From assembly GCA_001244265.2 (NCBI GenBank), contig CDLV01000010.1:682001-746000 (forward strand): 64,000 nucleotides of DNA, written 5' to 3'. Both the position numbers and the translations under genes were made by a program. This document shows, in pieces, positions 1 through 13,167 of the stretch. The notes under the pieces are model-generated. The model was not told the DNA's origin and searched no databases. It saw only the letters and a list, made by a program, of their open reading frames with translations. Positions within the stretch are counted from its first letter, which is position 1; the number at the start of each line of letters is the position of its first letter. The DNA comes from Microbotryum violaceum (Eukaryota).

Positions 1-1049
1 ATTGAGGTGGACGGCACGTGCCTGGAAGACATCCTCTTGGCACCGTGCGATAACAAGGACAGGGCAGGAGCGGTGGCTCTGACGCCGGAGCCGAGAGATC
101 GTCTCCGCTCAGCAGACCTCGTCTGCGACCGCGGCGTCGAGTGGCAGGCCGAAGCGGTCAGTGCCAAAGTTTTCGTACGGGGCTTGGGCGGCGCTCCAGC
201 GAGGATGTTGGATGCGCCTTGAACGGACGAATCGATGGCTTCGTCAGCGATCAGCTTTCGCTTGAGAGAGGCCGAAGACTCTGCCTTGGAAAAGACCTTG
301 CGGAGGAGGGCTGCAGGAGCGGCAGAGGGTGGAACCTGGCGAGACGCAAATGGAGGTGGTAGCTTCGAGCCGGAAGACCTAGAAGGGGTAGCTGATCGTG
401 CTGTACGAGGAAAGACAAGTTCAGGGGTCCGGTCAATTCGCGCGCGCCTGCCGCTGGTGCCGAGAAGATTCTTGTCGCCCAAGCTCAAGTTCCAGTCGAG
501 CGGATGGACGAACGTACCTCGTGATTGTGTGTTGACCGTGGTATCGCGGTTGAAAGGTACGTCTATTCTTGAAGACGTGCTTTGGTTCTCGCTATCGCGC
601 ATTGGTCCCGCTCGCTGGCTAGTAACTTCAAGCTTGGCTGATGCGTTGCGTGCAGAACGGCCGATCATTGAGCGACCGCCGTAGTCGCTGCGTCGAGGTG
701 TCGTGGCTCGCATCGCGCTGGCTCGTGTGACGGGAAACGCGCCACCGGCGATGGGCGGGTGGTCGCATTGTTGATGTCTCGCTGCTCCGTCGCTGGCGCA
801 GGTCGAGGCGCACGGCGATGTCGTGTGCTGGGTGATGGTGGCTGGTGGTGGACCCGTTGTCCCACGGGACGACGATGTCGAAGCACCGCTGCCTAGGAAA
901 GCTACGCCCGAGCTGGAGGATGCACTCGTCTGTCGATACATTTTGCTGACGACAGGCTTCTTTGCCACTGGTGTCATCGACATTGCCATGGCGTCGGGTG
1001 CCTTGAAAGAACGAGCGAGTTCAAGCTTGTCTGGCGCGTGCTGGCGGCT
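1..1049 (-). CDS. Partial hypothetical Ser/Pro/Arg-rich protein running off the window start; probably has further 5' exon(s) toward ~1450
   Basis: Manual translation gives a stop-free minus-strand frame from ~1049 to position 1 (e.g. LPPPFASRQVPPSAAPAALLRKVFSKAESSASLKRKL). It is absent from the ORF track because it has no stop codon in the window. A possible GTAAAT...CAG intron lies at ~1146-1041. Confidence 0.5.
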
Positions 1050-2708
1050 TCAAGAATCAAACGACACGTGACCGTGTTTGACCGCTCCGCCATGCGTCAG
1101 GCTCCATCCGACGGCCAAGTTGCCGGTGGCGCGGTATGCGATTTACCTCTCGGGAGCAGTCATATTGGCATCAAGACTGTCGCTGCGTTGAAGCTCCCCG
1201 TCAGACCATCGGCAACTTCTAATCTCCAAGACTTATGGATCTCGAAGCCAGATTCCGAACGCCTTTCGGCAGCTGCAGCCAGGCGGCAGCCCAGGTTGAG
1301 CCTGACTGATCCAGACTGAGCCGCCAGGCGCCAGGCTCCAGCCGCCCGTTCGAGCGGCGCCTCCGAATCAATCCGTTACCAGTCAGCGCCGCAGCATTGA
1401 TTCTGTTTATTTCGCATTGTTGTGAAATCCAGCAGAGCCATCGCATTTTTTGAAACCCTCTTCTAGTCTGCGGGAAGAAATAGGAGACCTACCTCATGAC
1501 CATTGGCTCAAAGTCTGCAAGAATCACGTAGTACGCTCTGCATACTCGAGCGCGACAAAGGAGCCAACTGGTCAGAACAGGGTCAGACCTGGTAGAACCT
1601 GGTCGCGGTGCCACTGCCAGAGCGAGCTAGCGCCAGCCTACTACGTTTCAGTCTTCCCCCGGCGTGACTGAACCAGGGAGTGTGATTCCTGATTCGATGG
1701 CGCCCGTAATCCGTCACCACGTCGATGCTTTTACAGGTTAGTCACACTCTCCAGGTGCAGGTTTTGGAGAACGGGGTCGGGTGCCGCTTTGGAGCTCGAC
1801 GCTGCAGCTTGCCTTCCACGCGGGCTTGGCGACGGGTGACTGGATTCCGAGTATATGCGTGTGCGCCGCCCCTCGAGTGGGTGGGTGTTGGTGTCCGGAA
1901 GCAGAGCCAGCAAGCAGCACACGACCAACGGAGCCTCGCCTTGGATACACCGGTTCGCCATCTTGGCAGGTTTACCCCACCGACGAGACAGAGTGATTGG
2001 AGGATCCCCCCGCGATGAGCTACGTGTGACGGGTGGATGCAGTGGCTCGTCTTGGTTTAGCGGTGGCCCACCTGTGGGGCCGCGCGCTCAGCCACGCGAC
2101 AAACACGACGACCACCGACAACCGACGACCGCCGGTCCCAACACAGCGTACCCCCCCCCCCCCCCAAGAGCAAGAGCTTGCAATGGTAGCTGGCGAATCC
2201 CTTTGAATTCTTTCCGCAGGACTCGCATGTTCTGGTCCTGGTCTCTCCACACCGCCCTTGCTAACGCCCGCTAACGCCCACTCTGTCTCCTTTCCCGACC
2301 TCCTTGGCGCTCCCCCCCCCCCCCCTTCTCCCATTGTTATCCGAACCCGGTCCGGGTCCGTTTCGTTCTGGTCCCTGCCTACGACGCCGACCCATCTCGT
2401 CCTGGCGGGGCTCTTTCGCTTGCGGTACTGTCGTTCTCTCGCTATTCGTGGTGGCTGCTCATTCCGCGTCGGCGCTCGGATTCCGCCGTCATCCTGTACC
2501 CCACGTCCATGTCCACGTCCTGGCGCGACCCCGTGTGCTCGCTCGATCTGCCGTCATCCACGCGGACGCAACCTGATATCTACCCTCATCTGCTCAAACA
2601 TATTGACTATCATTTCACGCGCTTTCACCGCGGGCCGTACCTTCATTCTACGGAAACCTCTCGTATCGGCTCCGACGCATTCGTTCGGATCCGACCCCGT
2701 CTACTGGA

Positions 2709-5700
2709 TTGTCCGGATCAGGAGCTCGGCCCATCTCGCCACGACGCCACGATTCACCGAATAATGCGTACCAGTCCGGCTCACCGATCCACCAGCAGTA
2801 CGCATCCTTAGCAACCGCACCTTCACAGCAGGCTGGTCCTTCGGCCGCACCGCCGAGGAACTACGCCGCCGACACCCAATTTCGTGAAGCATCGCAGCTG
2901 CAGCAGCAGCCGCAGAATATGTCAGCTTCGGGCTCGACGAGTTATTCTGCAGGCTCCTACATCCCCAAACGTCAGGCACCTGCGCCTCCGGGACCCACCC
3001 AGTACGACAGCCCCTCCACCTCGTCGCAGTCCAAACGCAACGGCTACGGGATTGGGCATGCGGAACCGAACCGCACTTCGTGGGGAGGCGGGGCGGCTAG
3101 AAGTTCGTACGTACCGAGTAGCCGGCCACCTTATTTGGCGTCATCCAACGGCGCTGGGGCTGCGCCTGGCTCGTATCAACCCTCGAGACCGCCACCTCCA
3201 CCCCCGACGAGCCAAGCGAGAACGCCGCCGATGCAATCATCGGCAACCTTCGGTAACATGTCGCCGTCTTCATCAAAGCCGTCTACACCAACACGGCAGC
3301 CCTCTTTGGGGCTGTCGAATCATTCGTCTGGAGGACTTGGCAGTGCGTGGGAAGTCGTCGACGGAGCACCGAACTATGGACCGAAGCGACCCGGCCCACC
3401 ACCAGCATCGGGCTCGTTGCGGGAGCTGTCTGATACGTTGCCTTCGACCTCCTCAGGTGGCTACCGTGGGTCCACTTCCGCCAACTCGTCCAACACCTCC
3501 CTCAACATGCACGCTCAACCTACTCTGAGCATCAACACGCATTCCCAACACGCTTACGCGGCGAGGCAATACCATCATACCCCTTCGGCTTCGCTCGGCG
3601 GCCCTGCAGGCTACTCCCTTCTCACCGACCCCGCCACAGCCGTGGCGGCAGGCTTGGCCGCCGACGTTTCCGCGGAACGTTGGACAGGGCCGTCAAACTC
3701 AGCGAATTCATTGTCGGGGCGAGCGGGTCAGCCCCTGCCACCGCGGCCGGACCGAATACCCGACAACGAATGGGATCGAGGCGCTAGCGACAGTCCCACC
3801 AGCGCCCGAGGGGACGGGCAGATGGGGATGTTGGCGAAGGGAGAGAAGAGCAAGAAGGGGGGGTTCGGAAGCTTCCTCGGTGAGTTTCACGCAAACACCA
3901 AAGGCATCAGAACGCGTTCCAAGCCCCCACTCATCTTCGTCGTCTCGAAACCCCCTTGCAGCTGATGTGTTTTCTAACCCGAGCAAGAAGGTGGAGATCT
4001 CGACTCCCTACGATCCTGTCCATCTGACCCACGTCGGCTACAACCCGGATATTGGAGAGTTCACAGTACGTGCCACCGACGGGGATGTGCTTGACTATTC
4101 CACCGCACGGCTAGGCTGACCCGTGGCTCTCGTCGGCTTCTCCTCGTCGGCTTCTCTTCGCGCGAATAGGGACTGCCCAAAGAGTGGCAGCAACTTTTGC
4201 AAGATTCAGGCGTCACAAAGGAAGAGCAGGCGGCCCACCCGCAGGCCGTGGCCGAGATTGTAGCGTTCTACCAGGACGTAACCAAAGTCGCCGATGCACA
4301 GGCTGGTGCCGAGCAGGACGATGTTTGGAACAAAATGGGCCACGCGACCCTGTCTTCGACCACCGCACCGTCCATGAGCAGCCGTCAGGGCCAGTTCGAG
4401 CAGCCTCGTGCGGCCCCGCCACCGCCTCCAGGGTTCCGTAAAGCTCCTGGCCCTCCCCCACCGCCGGCGTCGAACGCTTTCAATGGCCTCGGAAGACCAG
4501 CACCGCCGCCGCCGAAGGACCGAGCAGTCGCGCGCGATCCGCGCCCGCCGACGTCACCGGACCGGTATGAATACCACGTGCCCATCCCCGACTGGTCTCA
4601 GCAGCAATTGTCAGGCGTAACGACTGCTGGAACCGTGTCGATTCCCAGCAAGACGCTCGACCGATCGCCGTCGCAGCGCACTGCGACCTCACCTGGGCCC
4701 CTCCCACCCAAGTCGTTCCAACCGTCACAAGTGACTGCCGCTGTGGCGTCGAGAGCAGACGGCCTCATTCGCCAAGCGGCAGCAGTGGCGGCAGCATCTG
4801 CCGCAGCGTCGTCATCGAGTGGTGTAAATTCATCGACACCACATCGTGCCGCCCCTCAAATCCCTGATGCTGCGCCAACAGGGCCTTCACCGACGAGTGC
4901 AACTGCGATCCCGGCGGGCGTAGAAGTCGCCAAGCCAACGCCTCGCCGACGCGAGCAGAGGAAGAAGGACGCTGGCGACCTCGTGGAGCGGCTCAAAGCC
5001 ATCTGCACCGATGCGGACCCGACCAAGCTTTATCGCAATCTCGTCAAGATCGGACAAGGGTACTTCGCATCTTGAGCCTCAGTGACATTTGCTGCATGCA
5101 TGGCTGACAATCTGTTGTTGTATTTTGTTCCGCCCTGCAGCGCGTCGGGTGGCGTTTACACCGCGTACCAGGTCGGCACCAATCTCTCGGTCGCGATCAA
5201 GCAGATGAACCTCGAGAAGCAACCCAAGCAGGATCTCATTATCAACGAAATCCTCGTCATGAAGGAGTCCGCTCACCGCAATATCGTTAACTACATCGAC
5301 TCCTTCTTGCTCAAAGGCGATCTGTGGGTCGTCATGGAGTACATGGAGGGCGGTTCTTTGACGGACGTGGTGACGTGCAACATCATGAGCGAGGGTCAAA
5401 TTGCCGCCGTGTCTCGTGAAGTCCTCGACGGTCTGCAACATCTGCACGAGCACGGCGTGATTCATCGCGATATCAAGTCCGACAACGTTCTGCTCAGCTT
5501 GCAAGGCGACATCAAATTGACAGACTTTGGTTTCTGCGCGCAAATCCAAGGCGAACACGCAAAGCGAACGACGATGGTCGGCACACCTTACTGGATGGCC
5601 CCGGAGGTCGTGACGCGCAAAGAATATGGACCTAAAGTCGACATCTGGTCGTTGGGGATCATGGCAATTGAAATGGTCGATGGCGAACCCCCCTACCTGA

Positions 5701-5942
5701 ACGAACCTCAGCTACGCGCGCTGTACCTGATCGCAACAAATGGCTCGCCTACGATCAACAATCCCGAGCAGCTGTCGGACGTGTTCCGCGATTTCCTCAA
5801 GCAGGCCCTCGAGGTCGATAGCGAGAAGCGTCCGACCGCCGCCCAATTGCTGCTCCACCCCTTTTTCAAGAAGGCCCAACCTCTCAAGACCCTCGCTCCC
5901 CTCATCGCTGCAGCTCGACAAGCCGCCAGATCTACAAAGTAG
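2709..5942 (+). CDS. STE20: Ste20/PAK serine/threonine kinase (CRIB domain plus C-terminal kinase; no PH domain)
   Basis: CRIB motif [29 protein letters not shown]. Kinase motifs [30 protein letters not shown]-terminal Gbeta-binding-like LAPLIAAAR. In-frame GT-AG introns at 3880-3961, 4066-4169 and 5060-5140. Start is uncertain (first in-frame ATG ~2919). Confidence 0.95.
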
Positions 5943-6199
5943 TGTACACTTGTTTCCACCGCTCTCACCTCTTGCATACGACCCTCCGAGGTCTACGTTC
6001 TTTTCATACATGAAGTTGATTCATAGTAGGTTTACCACCTGGAATCGGATTATCCGGAGTTTGCACCCTCGTGCACCCTAAGAACTGGTCAGGTCTCGCG
6101 ACTTGCTTCGTTACGAAACGCTTTCCTGCGCGAACAACCGAGAGCACGTCGAGTCGACGTGGAGTAGGAGCAGGGTGAGGAGCATAAGCCACGAGGAGT

Positions 6200-8400
6200 A
6201 ATTAGCGAGACCGTAGACGGTATAAGAAGTCAGCGACCGAGTGGCAATACCTGTGGCACATTTGACAGAAACGTGCAAGGGGGGAATCGATTGGGGGGCA
6301 AGCGAGCTTCTTCAGGCTCCCCGAGCAACTCAACACCTTCGGAGTAGGCTGAGATGAAGTCGGACGAAGTCCATTCTCGTGTAGGAACCTTATCGACACT
6401 CTGTAATACCAATACAAACATGTGCACATCATTGCACAGCGATGAACCCGTATGCACCGGCGTGCAGTCTCGATGCTCGGGTCCGATTCATCCGATTCCC
6501 TGCGCCATGCATGACAGTCCACGACAGTGCATATCCATGCAATTAATGAGATGACCCATAAAACCCCGGCACACAGTGAGGCATGCCCATACATGTATGT
6601 TGATTTCGTAGCCCTCGATTGTAGGCTATTCAGTTCGATGTGATGTCCGATACCGTCTACCGCGCACTCTTCCCCACCTTGTGCGCCAATCTACGTGTTC
6701 GTTCTTGTCGTATTCTGGGCCGAGTCGGCGGTCTTCGCGACGCGTCATCGATCCTTTTTGCCTCAACAAGTCCCTGTATTTTTTCTTCTTCTTGCGGTAA
6801 CCTGCAGTACTGTTCGTTCACATTCTCGCAACTGCATCCGACGCTCGAGTTTCCCATCTAAACCGGTCTTGATGTGGCGGAGTACCATCCAGCGACTCGG
6901 ACTCGGAGACAGCTAGAAAGCATGTTGTTCCTGTAGATGCGAGTGGTCAAATGCTTAAGACACACTAAAGAATAAATCTGAGCATCTATTCTGACCAAGA
7001 CATAACCCCCGTGACATCTCAGTAGGAGAGATACGCCCAACATTGCCCCTCGGCCACGATTCTGTTCAATCGTCGAGAATTTGAGTGCCCCGGCTCCACC
7101 TAAAGCCCGACTCAATGGCGCGGGTGCTCCAGCAATGGAATGCTGGGCTGAATATCATGCGCTAGAATGTGCACGAAGGGAAGCTGTCGAGTTCCAAGCG
7201 GGACGTCGTCCGAGTCACTGTCGGATTCGTCGTCGTCTGACGCACCCGCCTTCTTTGGCTCGCCGGCTTGAAGCATCTGTTCGCCCTCGGTGACGTTCCG
7301 GGTATATCTCGGAAGACCGAGCCCTTCTTCTTGAGTTTGGTTGCGTTGCCTTCCCTGCTCCCAAATTTCTGTCGATGTCGCTCTGAAAGCCACTGTCGAT
7401 ACTTGAAGGCAAGGGTCCAACAAGGTCTCGATTGGCCGAACCGTGAGTTCGTGAACGACGCGCAGGTACATGGACGGCGTCGGGAAGAAGTAAGCCTGCT
7501 TGTAGTAAAGCTCGGTGGACTTGACAAGATTCACGCCTCCTCGCTTGCACCTCTTCCGGCGACAATCGCTCTTGGTTCGGTCGTCCCCCCGTCGCGGCGA
7601 TTGAGCCTGCTGATCTGAAGTAGCTTAGGCTGGGGCAATTGCTACGTTGACTCTGGCGGTCCCCCACCGTGCGAGAGCTCATCTCTGGAGTCCTCGGAGT
7701 TGTCTCGTCGTACACCTCCCCTTCATCGCCCAGCTGTCGGCAGCTCTGTTCACGTATCAGGGGGAGCTTGCGCGACATTAGGATCGCCACGACCAAGATG
7801 ACGGCAACCACGATGAGGGCTGTACGAGAAAAGGAGGAAAAAAACATCAGAGGATACGAGAATATTCACGCGGGACAACGAAGTGTCAATACGATGTGTC
7901 AATAAATCGATTAGAGGTGTCTATCAAAGTACTGGATCTGAGCTGTGACTGGCCGAACTTCCAGTACTGCGGAGCAGCTGAAGTTGCATCAACGGGGCTG
8001 CTTCCGGCGCCCGGGTCCGATGATGGCGCCGCATACAAGCTGCTTGATGACGGTGTTGTCGCCGAAGCTGGTGGGCGTGGTCTTCGGAATGCTGTCGTTT
8101 GACGTCCACGACGCGGTCACCATGATTGGTTGTCGCCCAACCAGACCTTGTGGTCTGGGCGAAGCCCCCTCGAGAAATTACAAGTCGACGACGATAGCCT
8201 TCCGACACCGACAAATTTGACAATTCCGTTGCTGCGCGTGGAGTTGTGTCACAGCGACGTATTCTGATACCACCCTGACGAATCCTTCTGCTGTCGTGGG
8301 CACGTACTGTACGGGTCCTTTGGAGCAATAGGTAGGTCCTAAAGGGTGTCGGAGGCTCGGAGCGAGAAGATGTGCGCTAGGGACGGTTGAACGACCGGAG
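6200..8400 (-). pseudogene. Degenerate coding relic of unknown origin, possibly transposon-derived
   Basis: Protein-like fragments switch frames and contain stops (VNLVKSTELYYKQAYFFPTPSMYL...DDDESDSDSDD; VIKQLVCGAIIGPGRRKQPR*CNFSCSAVLEV). No recognisable domain. Confidence 0.25.
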
Positions 8401-8992
8401 GCCGCTGAGCACCGATCTCGCTTGTCAGCATGCCAGCGCTCGGTTCATCCTGGTGAGTTTCAGCGGCTGCTGGCCTTCCCGCTTGGCAGTTTGTCCTGTT
8501 GCAGCAACTTGAGATGTCTAGGCTTCGGCCTGAATCTCGACGAGTCGACAGGGGCGGCTAAATTTGAATCATGCCTTGCTCACGATTCGGACGGGTTAAA
8601 GCTCAATTGCACGCCGCATGTTCCCTACGGTCACGATCTACTTAGATGTTGATAGCACATGACCGGATGTGGAGAGGATGTATAGAGCCCAACCCTCAAA
8701 ACTTCTTGCGCTGCCATGCTGCCCAGCTGTAATTCTCCTCATTTGAGCGACGATGGCTGGCGATGAACCGCTTAAGCCTTAATTAAGGATCGCCCTGTCT
8801 CACAACCTCGGAGTCTGACACGTCGCTGATCCTGTAACAGGATTGCGTCGGCTGCCACCGCCGCTTCGACCTGGTCGGCGCTGTAGAATCTGTTTTCACC
8901 CAAGCGTATTGATACCAAGCAATTGATGCGCCATTGTCTACAGAAAGGAGCCTCTAAAGGTCGGTTGCATACTAGTGCCCGTGCGACTCATC

Positions 8993-9170
8993 CGTCGAGG
9001 GCGGCATTTCGTGAAATTAACACTCCGCGGGGCGGCGACGATCGACTCGTCCCTGAACTAAATCACCACTGCCCTCTATAAAGTCACACTCGCACAAATA
9101 TGGCCTGAGGATAGGTACAGGCACTCCCTAGCCTCTTGCTTAGCCGCAAGCAAACTTCCACCGCAAGACA
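8993..9170 (+). repeat. Truncated LTR-like repeat homologous to 33509-33666
   Basis: Colinear shared blocks AATTAAC..CCGCGGGGCGGCG, GTCCCTGAAC, TCTATAAAGTCACACT (TATA-like), GAGGATAGG, CTTAGCC and CCACC(A/G)CAAGACA. Confidence 0.7.
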
Positions 9171-10159
9171 TATATATACTACTAGTAGCCTAGCCAGTGG
9201 GCTCAACTGCCTTCCCTCCGACTTTTCCAAAGGTTTCTATGATTACACTGTTATTGGAATCTATCAACAAAACCAAACAAATAGTCTTTTCGGCCTTTGC
9301 TGCAAGATTTTGACGTGGACAGCTCAAGCGCGCTGGTCTCGGCCTAACGGGGCCCGCTCGCGCTCCACTCTTCGAACACGCATTCTTTGGACCCTGTGCC
9401 AGCACGCACTCTTCTCGGCCCCCTTGGGCCTCCCGCCTTGCTCACCCGCTGGCTCGTCGTGCCGCACGCCTCAGCATTTCGTGTTGTGGTTCCGGCACCC
9501 CCCCTGCCAATCTCTACTCATCAGTCCAACTGTCCAACAAGGGCAGAGGGCTTACGAGGAATGTTACCCACTTTGAGTGAGCTAGCCTGCCACTACGTTG
9601 TAAGCAGCCGCCGTACCCGCTGCTTTGCAAGGTCGTATCGCACCCACTGCTTAGAGCAAGGGCGAACTTTTCGAGACTCGCACTATCGCGGCTCGCTGTT
9701 TCTAGCTAAGGTTCGCATTCCGGATCACGACTGTCCTTGTTGGGCAAGTTGACTCATGGGGCTACCTTGTATACAGACCTCGTTTGGCCGCATCTACCTA
9801 CCGCGTCGCCTTCCTTCCCTGCCATCGCCCTGCGCTTTTCGAGCAAAGGTATGCCCTATCCCCCAAGTCAGTTGCAGTGTTTATTTACTAATCGGACCTG
9901 CGCTCTTTGAGCAAAGCCGATCGACCATTTTTTTGAGCTCCTCCCTCCCACCCTACTTGTTCATAACTCCTGTTTAGAAAACCCTCCGTTTGTTACGGAG
10001 TGCGGGTTTTTCTCTTATCACTGCAACTCGACTCTTCCATCCTAAAACAAACGCCATAAACAGCGCGCACTATGGAGGAGTCGACAAACAAAAACAAAAA
10101 AACGACATCGCCACAAGCTGAGGTGGGGCCCGGGAGACAAATGCCACTTGAAACCATTA

Positions 10160-10301
10160 TGTAAGGTATGCGCCTCTGATGTGCATAAAATACAATCTGT
10201 CGTTCTTGACCACTAGACTAAAAGCAAGTCGTAACTAGAACTCCCCAGTTCTAGCTACTCAGAGGCTACTTATAGGGCTGTTCTGTAAGGCATCCCTTAC
10301 A
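10160..10301. mobile_element. 142-bp solo LTR (Ty3/gypsy-type TGTAAGG...CCTTACA) or MITE
   Basis: Terminal inverted match 11/12 (TGTAAGGTATGC / GCATCCCTTACA). 5-bp TSD-like flanks CATTA (10155-10159) and CATTG (10302-10306). Absent from the homologous block near 37360. Confidence 0.75.
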
Positions 10302-10962
10302 CATTGACTGGTTAAGTTGTCGGACCGACTGAGCACCGTTCGTGACTGATCAACTAGTCCGCAGCTCCGAGGAGGGCTGTATCGTGAGTTACTGAGACGT
10401 TGATGTTCGTACTACACAGCTATCAGAAAAAGCGAACGCCTATAGGACGTTGTACGAGTCCGCGCTGTTCCGCCGGTCCGCGCCAGTCTATGCAGGCTTG
10501 TGCCGACTGCTGGCCTTGCGCGCGGGCCCGTGCCGGAGCCGCCCCCACCAATGGGAGTTTACCCTTTACCCTAACTAGTAAAGAAAAAGTGTGGGTTAAG
10601 GAATGTACCTAAAATCGCTGTTTTGAACTAGGTTGGCCGCCTGTGGTGGATGTACCAGCATACTGTTGTGTCTGCCGCACCTGCCTGTGGTGTCCATGTT
10701 CCGATCAGAAGTCATGTACAAGCGCTGTGGTGACTTTTGTATTTTCCGCGCCGTTCCAACGAAGCTACAGCGCTCCCAGTATTTTCCTTCTTTTTTTCGC
10801 TCACATAAAACAATGCTTCCACTCATATTGCATTTAATGAACCGCAAGCGCGTGGCTTTGCATGATATTGCTTCTACAGCAGAGCTCTGCCTGACGTGCG
10901 AGGCGAGGGCTGGCGTTTGTCACGTGATGCGGTGCGCCGGCGGTGGAGTGTCATTCCGGCAG

Positions 10963-11039
10963 TCGACCAGCGGCATTAGGGGCTGAACAACCAATTTGCC
11001 CGTATGGCATTCGACCAGCGGCATTAGGGGCTGAACAAC
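10963..11039 (+). repeat. Two 29-bp direct repeats TCGACCAGCGGCATTAGGGGCTGAACAAC
   Basis: Identical copies at 10963-10991 and 11011-11039, probably in the Helitron 5' non-coding region. Confidence 0.9.
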
Positions 11040-11099
11040 AAATCAAACCACGTAAATAATCCTGCGCCACTCCCTCGAACCTTTCCTTTCTCCCTCCCA

Positions 11100-13167
11100 C
11101 TCTCATCCAATTTTAGGACACTCATTCAAGAACAAACCCTCGCTGCTATGTCCCGGTCCCAAGGTCGCCAGGGACTCAGGGAGGGCCATCGCAACCTCGC
11201 CAAGTCTTGGGCGCGAGGATAGCGCCGTACCATGGGCCAGCTCGAGCGCCCGCTGCTGGGCGCCCGCGGCTCGACCCTCCTCTTCGTCCCGCACCGATCA
11301 ACAGAATCAGCCCCCCGGCGCGTCATGACAACAATTTAACCGATCTTGGCATTGCGACACGTATACGAGCCCGCCGTGCAGCTGTGCAGAACGGACAGCG
11401 TGGTCAGCGCGATGGCCAACTCGACGCTGGGCTCGCCCCACCACCACCTCCTCCGCAAAGGCGAGTGCGCCGGGCTCGAATCGCGCTCAAACCCTCAAGC
11501 CCCACGTTTTCGCAGGGCAAGGTGCAGCTACCTCCCCCTCCCCAGCCCAATCTCGAGTATCGGCGGCTTCTTGAAGGCTCGGATAGCGGTCAGTTGCTCC
11601 GTCCAACAACATTCGTCTGCAGTAGACCCACATGCTGAACTGTTCTACCCACCCACACAGAAGCGGTTGCATTCCGCGAGAATGCCCGGTCGTACAACAA
11701 CGCGTTGTCCTTTACTTCGCTCGCTGCCCACTGGACCAAACCCAAGTGGGCACTCTAGGACCTCCCGTGTTTCGCGTGTTCGGCCGCCTCTATCATTGAC
11801 TCGGTGCCCTGGTCCCTGCCGTGAATCAACGCCCAGCCTTTGCCCAGACATGGCTGATCGACTCGGCCGAGGCCACCGACACTCGACTTGAACCCGACGG
11901 CGCAGACAGTCACATGCAACGATCTACTTTGACCAAGCTCGAGTCCATGTTGCGTACCAAGAATCACTTTGTGAGGGAGTTCGCATCGGCCAAACCTCGC
12001 GCAGGATGGGATACGGCCAAAGAGTGGATCCTGCGCCTCTGCCTCCCGCCAGGCCGGGACCGACGCACCCACAACCCTCCTACATCGAGCACGGAAATGG
12101 CGATGTTTATCTGCGATTCCGACACCAACACGGGAGATCGTGGACCGCAAGACCTTATTCTCCAGGTGCACGGTGATCGATGTCCCGATGGTCGGCCCAA
12201 GTACCAAATCGTTAGCTCGCTCCATCCGTCCGCGATGCCTCTCCGTTACCCACTACTTTTTCCTGCAGGGGAAGATGGCTTCCACCCCAACATTCCTCTT
12301 TGCGGGTTCCACCAAGCCAGGCCGCCAATCGCTAGAAACTGAGAGCAGATCGACGATGGTGTCCAATTGCGCGAGGTACTTGCCGGTCTCGGTTTGGATG
12401 ACGAAGACGAACAGGAGGACGAAGACCGCGACAATGAGGATGAAGACGGCGAGGAAGGGGACGAAGAGGATGGTGATAGCGAACGTACGCGTCTTCGGCT
12501 CTTTCTCTGATGTTCCATTCTGCCGAAGGCGCAAGCACAGACTGACATTGAACTTTTGAACACCTAGGACGAAGGTCAAGTAAAGGGGTCGAGGTGGCGA
12601 GTCTCGCGTTCACAATTCTTTGCGCACTACTTGCCAAACGCGACGAGCACTTCTCAATCCCGCATTGCACCCAACGTCCCTTCCTGGAGTTCGTGAATTA
12701 CGGATGTACTCCCAAGTCAAGACCGATTGACTCAACACATCCGGTTACATCAAGAGAACCTACGCCTCACCACGACCCAAGGCATCAACGGACTAACCCG
12801 GACCAAATTGGACGCTCGATGTCTTTGGGCTCGATGTTCAAGAATAGACGCGCGACATCATGCAGCGATACCAGGATGCGATGGCGTGCGTTGTCAAACA
12901 TGGAAAGCCTCCGCTGCTCATCACGATGACGTGCGTTCCTCACTGGGGCCGAACGACAAAGCATGCAACCGTCCGGATCTCATTGCACGAGTGTTTGAAG
13001 CCAAGTCTGGCAGCAAGCGACATGCAGGCTGTTTTGGCGATGAATGTAGAATGAATGGATTTTGTTTCTTCTTCGTATTGGGGTTTTTAACCTGAAATCG
13101 CGTAGACTGTACAATTATCCTGCTATTTGAATTTCATCCTCCCGTTAATTTAACGGGTTCCCACTGG
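11100..13167 (+). mobile_element. Degenerate, internally deleted Helitron Y (Rep-side fragments; helicase missing)
   Basis: Frameshifted Helitron motifs GKVQLPPPPQP, RRTHNPPTSSTEMAM, SSLHPSAMPLRYPLLFPAGEDGFH, YQDAMACVVKHGKPPLLITMTC and RPDLIARVFEAK. 3' end has hairpin CCCGTTA-att-TAACGGG (13141-13157) followed by CTGG|T (13164-13168). 5' end not located. Confidence 0.85.

Noticed and set aside
10213..10254. Hairpin CTAGAACT-cccc-AGTTCTAG plus CTAG as a minus-strand Helitron 3' end
   Set aside because: It lies inside the TSD-flanked 142-bp LTR, and element X homology continues to the left of it.
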